A stretch of DNA of 64,000 nt from Utricularia gibba. Lineage: Eukaryota; Plantae; Magnoliophyta. Shown here one piece after another: positions 40,301 to 52,100 of this stretch (its first letter is position 1; each line of letters starts with the position of its first letter). The DNA is taken from contig NEEC01000019.1 in assembly GCA_002189035.1 (NCBI GenBank), forward strand, positions 2,079,093 to 2,143,092, given 5' to 3'. The notes beneath the pieces were generated by a model. The model made no database searches and was not told the DNA's origin. It saw only the letters and a program-made list of their open reading frames with translations. The position numbers and the translations under genes were made by a program.

Positions 40301-43300
40301 AACATATGGCTTGACCAAAGATATTTCAGATCACTCTATTTACTGTGACGTAGCAGAAGCTCATCACCAGTCTAAAAATAAGGAAATGGGAGAACTCAGC
40401 GTCAAGTCTAATGGTCACACGTTGAATGGACTCTTTCTAGAAGAGGCAGCTGATAACTTGGAATGTGAGTGGCTTCCATCCCTCGAAGCCGTACCAAGAA
40501 AGTCCACAAATTTTATCGAGGATAATAGATACACGAATTCTTCCCAAAACTCTATGGCATCGCCAACTGGACAAGCTACAGAAAAAAATGGTCCCCTTTT
40601 TGGCAACCATGAAGGAACACATCCTGCTAAACAAGATAGAAGCCGCAGCACTGTTTCTCTAGAAAACCTTATGCAGAGGACTGAAAACATATTGCAGGGG
40701 AGCCACCTGAAAGAAAGCTGCAATGAAATCTCCAATGAAAATGGGGGATTTCTAACAGTAAGAGCAGTGAGTTTAATGAGCACAGTGACGGCCATTTCAT
40801 CAATCAGACATCTGTTGCAACAACGATTTCACTATCAAGTCAGTCCTTTTTATGTGATTATTCCACATCAGACACACAAACAAGAGAGAATTTTCAACCC
40901 GAGGAGAGGGTGAAGGATCATAAAAGGCTCATGGATAAGGAATTTAGCACAGCCGAAGCAAGTGGATTATCTTCAGCCCTTACCAGATTTGGGTCAAGGA
41001 AATCAGTTATGCCAAAACATACTGGGAGTGAAACACCAGATTTTACAGATGGCATGAGGAGTGGCAAGTACATTAATTTAGAGAACAAGGAAGTTAGGTC
41101 AATGGGGAGTACTGATCCCAATAAGGAAACCATGCCAGATAAGAGACACGCAGATGGCCGTCGTCCTAGTGCAGTTTCCAGACCTAAAGACAAACAAAAA
41201 ACAGTCAAAGAGAGAGAAATATGGGAAGCACTTCGAAAGAAGGCAATCGCCGAAAGCAAGAGGAGCGCAAGAAGATTCAATACAAATGACACAGTTGATT
41301 GGGATGCTGTGAGATGTGCAGATGTTAATGAGATTGCTCAGGCTATCAAAGCAAGAGGAATGAATAATAATCTGGCAGAGAGAATCAAGGTTTTGATGAG
41401 CTATTAGTACAACAAATGAGATTGCTCAGAGAATATGATGTCTAAAATACGTATTCACTTTATTTTGTAGGAATTTCTCAACCGTCTTGTACGAGAGCAT
41501 GGAAGCATTGACTTGGAATGGCTTAGAGACATTCCACCAGACAAAGCCAAGTAAGTTTAAAGCTTTCTCAGCTTTGGGGCTCCTAAACAAAACCCTAAAT
41601 GCTCTGCCATTGGTATCAGGGAGTATCTCTTGAGCTTTAGGGGTCTTGGCTTAAAAAGCGTGGAGTGCGTGAGGCTCTTGACTCTTCATCATCTTGCCTT
41701 TCCTGTAAGATAAATCTTTCCTCCACATCAGTAATAGACTATAAGACAAATTCACTAACATGGATGCAAATGCAATACTTAAAAAAGGTTGACACCAATG
41801 TCGGCCGGATAGCAGTCCGATTAGGATGGGTACCTCTTCAGCCATTGCCTGAATCACTCCAGCTTCACTTATTAGAACTGTGAGTAATCTTCAGCTAATG
41901 CCCACAACAAATGGCAGCAGGCATGACAACTATAACTTTTTGTGGCAGGTACCCAGTTTTGGAATCTATACAGAAGTATCTCTGGCCTAGACTCTGCAAG
42001 CTAGACCAAAAAACACTGTTAGTACACTGTAAAATCTTGCAATATGATTTTTTTTACATTAATTCATATTTTTTCATCACAGATATGAGCTACATTATCA
42101 GATGATCACCTTTGGGAAGGTAAGTCCCTGCGGTTGAATATTTTAACATTCCGGGAAAACATAAGAATTACATTTTGATTTCAAGGTATTTTGCACAAAG
42201 AGCAAGCCAAATTGCAACGCATGCCCTATGAGGGCAGAGTGCCGGCATTTTGCAAGCGCTTTCGCAAGGTTTGCATGCATTTTATTATTTTAAATATATA
42301 TTATAGCGTATTATAAAGGCAAAAGAAGACATGCACACGTATTTGAAACGGCTTAGACTAATGCGCACCACACTTTATCTTCCTAAATTACATTCAAATC
42401 ATAAACAGAGAAGTTTTTCTACCTCCTGTGCAAGATTCACATAACATTTTACACTTGTAAATATTTCACCTAATGGAAATGTGTATGCAGTGCAAGACTT
42501 GCTCTGCCACGACCAGAGAGGATCAGAGAAGTATCCTTAACAGAGAGCAAAAAGAATGAACACATGGGAAATCTGCATTTTTCTCAATTACCTTTCATTC
42601 AGTATGATCAATCAAATTGTCACTTAGGCGCATGTGAGCCTATCATTGAAGAACCACCATCTCCCGAGCCTATTGCTGAAATGTCAACCACTCCAGAACC
42701 TAACTACCATGCAGAAGTTTGTCAATATGACAATGAAAAATTTCTGGATGATGGTGCGTATGAGATCCCCATAATACAGTTGAATATAGAAGAGTTCACT
42801 CAGAATTTGCAGAAGATTGTTCAGCAAAATACAAGACTGAAAGAGGGTGAAATGTCCAGGGCATTAGCTTTGGTAGCTTTAGCCTCAGACACTGCTTCTA
42901 TTCCTATTCCAAAACTCAAAAACGTGAGAAGACTTAGAACAGAACACCGAGTGTAAGTAATAGACCTCGAGACAATGTGTCGTTGTGAAGTATACAATAC
43001 ACTTCAATAAATCGATCATGTTAACGTTTGACCCTGTACTTGTATTATTTCTCTGATTGCAGTTATGAGCTTCCAGATTCACACCCTCTTCTGCAAAAGG
43101 TTTCGTACCTTAAATTTCCAGCAGCATGTATTTAATGGATGTTTCTTACACCAGTTCTTTTCTTCTGCAGATGGACAAACGAGAACCTGATGACCCTTCA
43201 CCTTACCTACTTGCCATATGGGCTCCAGGTAGGCACAAAGGGTAAAGGTTAGCCTTGCCTAAGGCGAATAATGGGGCTTTCAACGACACACAAAGATTTC

Positions 43301-44360
43301 AAAAGAAAAGATCTAATGTGCCGAATCCTCTGCATAGGTGAAACTGCTAATTCAATTGAACAGCCACAGAAGAAGTGTAGCTCCAGAGATTCGGAGAAGC
43401 TTTGCACAGATGAAACTTGTTCATCATGCAATAGCATTCGAGAAGCAAGCACTCAGACTGTAAGGGGGACTATTCTGGTATGCAATTAATCGTCAAAACC
43501 AGGTTTAATCAATTTGATATAACAATTTAAAAAACTCTGTATGAGCCATCTCATTAATCTTAGATAACTCACGCAGATACCATGCAGAACAGCTATGAGA
43601 GGAAGCTTTCCTCTGAATGGAACATACTTTCAAGTAAATGAGGTAACACGGTCTCATAAGCCCCTTTCATAAGGAAGATCAAGAAACTTAAGTCTCGGCT
43701 TTAATGACCGCGTGCGTGCTTCTTACCCAGGTGTTTTCAGACCATGATAGTAGCCTATCTCCCATTGAGGTTCCACGAGACTGGATATGGAACTTACCAA
43801 GAAGAACAGTTTACTTTGGGACATCGGTAACTACTATATTTAGAGGTAATGCTAACCCATAACCTCAGGCACCATAGATGAAACCTTAGTCCGAACTCGA
43901 GTAATAAGTTATCTTTACCTTTCTTTCTGTATAGGCCTCTCCACAGAAGAAATTCAATACTGCTTCTGGAGAGGTACGTTTATACTGCAATTATTTTTGG
44001 AAGCAACCACGGAATTACATTAGGAGCAGCTAAATGAAACCGCATGATACACATCCACGTGAAAACGAAATATCACACCATTTAGATCAATTAGTTCATT
44101 CTGTGAATAATTATGATGTCAATAGATTACACCTTTCCAAAGTGAATCTCCATGCCTATTCGAAATACTAGTCCACTCTGCGTCATGGCATTTCCTATCA
44201 TAACTGTTATCTTATTTTCCCAGGTTTCGTATGTGTTAGAGGATTTGACAGGAAAGAAAGAGCACCACGTCCTCTGATTGCTAGACTACACTTTCCAGCA
44301 AGCAAGTTAACAAAAAGCTATAAAAAGAGCGAGGATGACCAAAAGATGGACGTAACCTAA
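37380..44360 (+). CDS. DML: DEMETER/ROS1-family 5-methylcytosine DNA glycosylase (one apparent frameshift at 40743-40747)
   Basis: KPRKKYRPKV, domain A (LRPKVDLDEET..VWKLL, FIARMHLVQGDRRFSPWKGSVVDSVVGVFLTQNVSDHLSSSAFM), HhH GLGLKSVECVRLL, catalytic VDTN, FeS cluster CTKSKPNCNACPMRAEC, RRM-fold C-terminus; start codon uncertain; DME vs ROS1 not resolved. Confidence 0.93.
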
Positions 44361-44785
44361 CTAGTAACAAGGTAGATGCCCCTCCTAGTTGCCGCCTGTA
44401 TCATAGAAACGAACTTCTAAGGCGGTACGAACTGTCGCTACTTTCTCAGTACCGCGTTGATCAAGGTTTTTTCATTGTATATAAATAATTTTCATTATCT
44501 CGTTGCTTCTTCAAGAGAAGGATAATGCAGGCGTTCAGATTCGATAAAGCCTAACTAACCACACAGATAGTCGCTGTGAGATTTCTCAGCTTTTAAAGAC
44601 ATAACTCGCAGAATGCATTCCCAGGTCCTCATTTAGAAGGTGATGGAATCGAAAGATAAAGAAAAGAAGCCGCATCATGCAAATGCTAATATTTAGGCGT
44701 GAAACACGATACTCGCGCGGACAAACTCAAATACATAGACAGCAGAAGAGTTGATAACTGCGCCTTCTGAAGCCGGAATACTAAC

Positions 44786-45110
44786 CTGCTGTTCAAAGAC
44801 GCTCGAAGATGATCAAGGAAGTCGACTATTGCGGCCGCGGTGAGAATTGACTGACAGTTGGGGGGTGAAAGCCGAGGATTTTTCAAGGTTATTTGTTTAT
44901 GGAGAAGAGAGAAATAGGGGCAGAGAAAAGGAAATACCCGCCGGTGGCGGGAAGTTTTCTAAACGTTCTCTTTATTGAGATTTCGTACAAGCGCGTTCCA
45001 TGGAGCGTGGAGAAGATCGAAGATCAAGGGAAAGCAACAACGTCTCTTTCCAAGTAATTGGGGCCCAATATCAACTCAGTTGGTCGATTGGTGGATAGGG
45101 TCCAAATATA
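44786..45110 (-). promoter_or_regulatory. Orphan promoter and 5'-exon-like element facing the DML 3' end
   Basis: GGGCCCA at 45061, CCCGCC-GGT-GGCGGG at 44937-44951, CT-rich leader on minus strand, CAG|GTTAGT donor at 44786/44785; no ORF follows. Confidence 0.4.
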
Positions 45111-46199
45111 AGGGGGAACCATGGAAATGTGTAATGATAACGCATAATTTGAAATCAATGATTCATTGGTTGAATATATAAATTCAAATATCTACAGTTA
45201 TAATATTAAAACTTATCAATTATTATTTTAAATCGCATATTTTAAAATTCATCAATTATTTTGGGATAATACACCAATATCCCATAATAAGATTCATACT
45301 CAAATTGCACTGATTGAGACACTTTCTTAAAGTCTCCATCCTCTTTTTTGAAGTATGGGGTATTGGTATGCTTCTAATTGAATCTTTCTAAAAAGTTTTG
45401 TAGGGATTCTCTTTTGTATTTATATTCCAAGATCTCCAATTTCGTTTTTTATTTTGAAATATGAGTGCTCATCATGTATTAGTTGGAGAAACAAAATAAA
45501 AAATTATTGAAACAACCAATGATACTTGGGAGAATAATGTGATACCACTCTTGCATGTCCCCTTGTAGCATGTACATGAATAATCGATGCCTCCTCTTGT
45601 TAGTCATTGGTGTCATGCTCATTTGGATGTCAAAGAGGTTTAGATGCTAGCGGGGGCCGCCCCCACTGTTCAATTTGGGGAGCCCTCAAGCTCTAAATAG
45701 CAGAGCCATGGTGCATCATTAATAACTTGGAGGGAGAAGGGGTTGTAGTTCTACATGCGCGACAATCAGCTTCTCTCTTTTCCTTATTTTGGTAGGTCTT
45801 CATGGCCTATTTCGTAGACTCTAGCTTTTGAGGATAGACCTACAAGATGCATCCTCATTAGTTTTTAGGGAATTCATTGAACTACATGATAGTAATTATT
45901 GAAAACTGAATACAAAGAAGAAAAATAAAAAATTTTAGATAGGTATAACAGTGTCCTAAACAATTTCACGATTCCCTAAGATTCAAAAGACTCTTCGAAA
46001 TAAAACGTGATTTTGGGCTGCACACACATGAGATATTTTTGCTTTATGTGTGCACAAGCCCCAATTCACTATCAGGCCCATTAAAGATATTGGATTGATT
46101 TTTCATATAAATTAGTTGAATATAGGATAGAATCTTACTTTTCCAATACATATTATTCCAACGGTACCTTGGTTGCGCTTTTTGATAGCATCTAACTCG

Positions 46200-47800
46200 A
46201 CGACTAACTCCCTATCCCTTCAAGCATTAGAGTCATCCAGATGCTTGTAGATTCGCCAAGTGACCACAAGAAAATGGAAAATAGTCCTTGTCCTTGTGAA
46301 TTAGCCTCCAAACTTGCACCTTCATCTTCTGGGTAGTTGGCAGGATCCAAACTCTTCTCCCATTCTTTAAGCACAAGGTTCCTTGAGGTGTGGGCCTTGC
46401 CAGTAAGTGTCGTTGCTTCCTTTGACTACTTGGTTTGGACTCCTCGCAAGATGGTGGTATTCAATCCTAGATAAATCCTCAATGAGGTTTGGGAATGCTT
46501 CCATCACCACCTTTATTTTCTTAAAGAAAACTGGCTCATGCATCATGGGATTAAGTGTTCAGTACAACTCCTCAAGCATGAGTAACAAAGATGCAGTCCT
46601 CCGATCGGCCCTGGTGTCTGTTGTTCTATTGCTTCTTCCTCCATTAAGGCGTGAGTATGACGCAAGAGTCCTTCCTATGACCTTGCACTCAAATGCTCCA
46701 TTCCATGCAAGAGAACTCAGTTGGGGATTAGCTATGCTCAACAAATGATGCCAGACGTTATTAGGTTTGATAATTTTAGACTAGTTTAAGGAGATTTCTG
46801 TAACATCATATCCCTTTTAGGCTATTATGGAAGGAAAGTAATTAGCAAAGAGATGGGAGTCTAAAAAAACGAAAAACCGGGGGTGGCAAAAACACATTTT
46901 TTTAGCAGCCTCATACATATTTTTAGCATTCAAATCCACACCAATCATATTAACTCGAGGATCACTACTTTCCTTTATTTTTGCTTCTTGGTTGTGGGGG
47001 TGGCAATTGGAGTCGCCTTTCTTTTTCCTTTGTAGAGGATACTTGTGCAGGTTTTGATTTGAACACCTTCTTCTTCAAATTACTCTTCTTTGGGTATGCT
47101 ACCTTTATAGTCTACTTTGACAAGGATATTACACCCAATGACTTCATCGGTTGTTTAGTAGTGGTCTTGGGCTCATGATCAGCCACAAGGCTATTCACAC
47201 ATGGTTGAGCTTCATTTTTCAACTAAGATTTGGTCATCGGAGTTTTTACAGGCACCTTGATTGGAACTTTTTCCACTATTGCTGTCGTTGTTTCTTTCTC
47301 AGAACTCTTCACGACAATGTTCTTCACTATTTACTATGCAACTTTCTCCTGAGTGCTTTTCTCACATGATTTCTTTCGCTGACCGTGTCTTTATAAGGCT
47401 CTTTTTTGCTTGAATTTACTTTATTGATGCTTCTTTCACTGAAATTTTCTTCAGCAACTCTTTTTTAGATGTTGCTACTGCTGTCGATTGAGAGGGCCTC
47501 CCTTTCTCAAATGTCTTCTTTTGGCTCCCACCAATGTGAAGTTGAGGCATGGGTATTACCACCTATGGGTTTCTTGGAAAATGCTACTATCCACCAAATG
47601 AAGCTACAACTAGTATCATTGTTGGCATTGCTCCTTTGTTTTTCATAATGAGTTTTGTTGTTGTTTGCTTCATCCTTGCCATTCAAGTCTTGATTCTCAA
47701 GCTAGTTGTCCGTAAGTTAGAAACTAGAAGAAGAAAATGGGACCCAATGCACATTTGTCATAATGCGTAGGGTTTGAGCAACTTCCTCTCCCCTGATTCA
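46200..47800 (-). mobile_element. Probable highly decayed retroelement remnant
   Basis: Broken minus-strand frames; RNase-H-like ..IEYHHLARSPNQ near 46440-46500; K/E/S-rich broken ORF; no termini found. Confidence 0.3.
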
Positions 47801-48006
47801 AGCAAGATCTTTTGAAGGGACTTCAAAAATAGGTTGTCACCTCAAAAAAACTTTTGGTGAAGTTTCATTGTGACGCCAAAATAATGTGGCAAAATGCGAA
47901 GCCCTCTTATCATGCCTCAATATCCCAAAGCTAAGTGAAGGTGGACTCTTAGTTAGTGGCTCACAGTTTAATGAAACTATTGAGGCCACAGTCTGTGGTG
48001 CACCTC

Positions 48007-48185
48007 GAATGCCTAAAGATGCGAGCACCATAATGGCATGTATTGAATACTTTTAAAAAAAATTAAAGATGCAAGCACTATAATTTTGTGTTTGTAGGCT
48101 TGCAGCTGGAATACCTTTAAACAAAAGAATTAAAAGCATGAACATCATAATAATGTGTTTGCAGTGCTTGCATCTTTAGGCATTC
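48007..48185. repeat. 22-bp inverted repeat with nested direct copies
   Basis: GAATGCCTAAAGATGCGAGCAC (48007-48028) vs reverse complement at 48164-48185, 21/22 match; partial direct copy near 48064. Confidence 0.75.
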
Positions 48186-49104
48186 AAGTTGGTATTTACA
48201 GTTTAATGAAACCATTGAGACCCTACTTTGGCGTGCTTACACGTGAAATGCTTCCATGTATCCAAGCAAGGGTCATGAGAAGTTTTTTTTATTGTATTAA
48301 AAATATGTACATCAACAAATTGAATGGAATTGTATTTTTTCATATCATCACACTCTTCCAAGTTTTTCCTTGTGCTTGATGCATTGCTCCAATCCTCCAA
48401 TATATTTTCATACAATTTAGACTCATTTGTTGAAAAGTTCTTCTACATCCTAGTTTTTAGCCATGATATATCCTAAGCAATATGCTCCTAAACCCATCAT
48501 GTTCCAAATTTCTACCACAAATAAGTCTGAGTTTCGTGAGATTTGTTCCAAGATTAACGAAAGTTCTCCAATAGAAATCATTTGCATAACTTGGTTGCTT
48601 TCATTATCGAGATTTTTTTAGTGATTCCTGCTGTTCCACCCTTGACTTCTCACATTTTACTGTATCGCGTACTGAAGCTTGATTCTTAGATATGTGTAGG
48701 ATAATTTCTTTCATATTGTGCGGATGTTTTTGAGGAAGATATTTGAACTAAATGCTAAGCGTTACAACCACCACCCATGGACCTTCTCCTTCGGCTGAAG
48801 AGATAAGTCTGCTCTTGTGGGCCAGTTTCCATTAATCATTCTGGGGAAAAAAAAACATTTCCCCTTCCTAATCAACGACGGAGAGGAGGAATGCGTGGAT
48901 CTGTACGTGTGGACCTCATCGCCACTCCCATGCAATGTTCTTTAGCGTCCAGAGCTACAACCAATCGCGGACAGTCACCCAAATGAATTCTTGGATGTGG
49001 TGTGGACAGTCACCAAAATGAATTCCCAGTAATGATATTTATTAGGTATTGAAAAGAGTAAAACCTTTCCAATAACAGAAAAAAGGTGGGATCTTGGGAG
49101 GAAA

Positions 49105-52100
49105 ATGGTCTATACACTGCCTGAGCTGAGGCTCTCCATTTTGCCATCGCTTTATGGAAGAGGGAACAACGGATTGAACCCACATAGTGGCCAAGGGAAT
49201 TCCTTGATTGCTTTGCTCGTGAAGAATAAATCCGATTCAGGTAATCGAAGGCCACCTCTGTATGGGTTTTTATACTCGCTGTTTAGTTTTCTTTGTGGCA
49301 CTATCCTTTCAAACCATCGAATGTTTGCTCTCCACGGCTTTTTTTGTTTAATTCGCTCTGTGTATTTCACGTTCTTGTTGATGGAAATTGGAAATCTAGA
49401 ATGCCTTGAAAGCTACAAGTTGACGATATTATACTGAGGTTATTGAAAAAGGTTTCATTGATTAAACGAATGTAAAAGCCATTTTGATCACAAATAGAGG
49501 TGTATGTCATTGGTTTCTGTTGGATATGAATTGTCATCACCAACCGGTTTGGCAGAAGGCCTGGCATTCTCAAAACAAGATTTCATGAGTTGCGCACATT
49601 CTATGTAAACATGGATTGTGTAAACTTCATTAAATACACAATGGGAAAGCTGTTACACCAACCAAGCGCATAGAGTTTGATTGGGGAAGGGCACTTGGCA
49701 CCCTAGTTTTTGGATTTTTCATGGCTTACATTTAAGGAAGTATCACAAGTGGGAAAATGTTGGCTGAATCAGCTGATATGTTCCTTGTAGGGAAGATTTT
49801 TTGTGGGAAGCCTAATGAACCCAGATCACCGTTTTCAAGAGCAACCAGAGGAGAGAAAATCATTATTCCTGGATCCAACAATGCTGACTCCGAAGAGCTG
49901 GACATCCCTCAGATAGTTTCTGATAATACTCAGGTATGAATGTCAGAATTGTCAATATGTGATAATGTAAAATTGAACGCAATAGAAAGATCTGAGAATC
50001 TACCAGTTAAAAAGATGAAGCAGTGGTTTCGTTTTTTCTTTTTTGTGTCTGTGAGAGTGCATTCTGATTTCTACAATCATATTGTTTGTGCTCTTTGATT
50101 TTTATGTTTCCAATCGTTTTTCATTCTAGATATTTGACGATAAACAAAGATCAGATATGGAAAATGGAAAGGAAGTTCAAGGTCAAGAGGTCTTGGTCGA
50201 ACAAATCAGTTCAGACGAAGTAATGAAACTAGATGATCCTACCTTGATACAACCAGTAGATGGACATGCGGAAACTACTGTTGAAGGAATGCCAGGTATT
50301 ACAGAAAAGCCACGAAATGAGGGTTCCTCAAAAATTAAACTGGCCATCCCTCCTCCTGGAAATGGGCAGAGGATATATGAAATAGATTCAATGTTAAGGA
50401 ACCATCATGATCATCTTGATTATCGGTAAACTTTTTCACCTTATTCATTAGCAGAATATACATTTACTTTCCATATATCTAGAGAATTTGAAAATGTTGA
50501 CCATTGTATCATGAGCGGAGTTAATCTATAAGTATTATTGTTATTTTAACAGATTTAGTCAATATCGAAGACTACGTGAAACCATTGACAAGTTTGAGGG
50601 TGGGTTGGAAGTGTTTTCACGTGGTTATGAGAAATTTGGGTTTACTCGGAGGTATGCAGATTATGACATATATCTCTCCTTAAATCAAATCTCAGCCTTG
50701 AAACTGAGAAATCTTAATCTATATTTCTTTGTGTGTTACTTTGCATTTTTCTGTGCATTAAATACTATTCTGGGCCCAAAGTACAGCCTTTGTCTGCAAC
50801 TTTTGAATGTTTATGTGTTTGCAAATAATACTGCCGCTAAGGCATGCATTTCTCTTTATTAGTCCTTTGCAAGAAATATGATAAGGACTTCATGAATGTT
50901 TGCTCTAGGTTCTTTTGTAAGCCACTTAACAAAACAAGCATGTTTTACCCATCCATTAGTATTTATTTGGTACTATTTTTGTGGTTAAGAAAGACATTAG
51001 AATGATTCGCTGACAAGGCTAGTAGTTTGCCTTGATCGACCTTGATATGTTGATGATGGTTTTGATCTTCCTTGATAAACTGCTCTTCGTTTTATTTACA
51101 TGCTGCTGGTTCTTTCTGGAATATGATACTTTTTAGTCATCATTTGATTCTATATTATCACATGGTTGGAGAAGTACTTTACTTTGTCCTTATCACTGAG
51201 TGAGTTCTTATATTGTTAGTGAGGCAGGCATCACTTACAGGGAGTGGGCGCCTGGAGCAAAGGTCAGACGCAACCTATCCTTTTGGTTCCATGTGTCAAT
51301 GTAGCTTTTGTAGAAAAATGGTCATCACCTTTTCATTCAAGTAGCAGTTTTTGCTTCATGCCTCAAACTGTTCTTAGGCTTTCTTTGTGAAGTCAAGAAG
51401 TTGCTATATATGTTACTGCCAATCTTGGTAGAGTTGTTTATTGTGGTCCATCAACTTCAGACTTCTTTCCTTTTCTGATGTATATCATTACAATTCTTGC
51501 AGTCTGCAACTCTTATTGGTGATTTCAACAATTGGAATCCTAACACCGATGTCATGACTTGTGTAAGATTAAATTTTTCGTCAAACTTTAAAGCTTTTGT
51601 GCCTATATTTGTTACCGTCCTGTTTTTTTGTTGGAATGTTGCTTGGCTATCATTCTTATTTGCTGATAAGATAATAACAGAATGAGTTTGGCGTTTGGGA
51701 GATCTTCTTACCAAATAATGCAGACGGGTCTCCTGCAATTCCCCATGGATCTTATGTAAAGGTAAATGTATTCTACTGGAGTAGCTTCCATGTATTTTCT
51801 TCCTAAAATCAAAGCTTTATGATATTTTCCTTGAGAGCTTGAACCACTTTGCTCACTTCATTGTATGCAGATTCGCATGGAGACTTCATCAGGCATCAAG
51901 GACTCAATTCCAGCTTGGATAAAGTTTTGTGTTCAAGCTCCAGGAGAAATTCCTTATAATGGGGTTTATTATGATCCACCAGAAGACGTGAGTGTTATGT
52001 CTCTGCTGTTCGTAAATTGCACTTTGGAACAAATACAAGGTCTATGTATATTGGAATGAGGCATCAAAATTAAAAATTAGAAAAAGTTTATTTATCTTTG

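Noticed and set aside
44530-44635. Box C/D snoRNA candidate (ATGAGGA...CTGA...CTGA) on the minus strand
   Set aside because: No terminal stem, no C' box, and no rRNA/snRNA complementarity I could recognise
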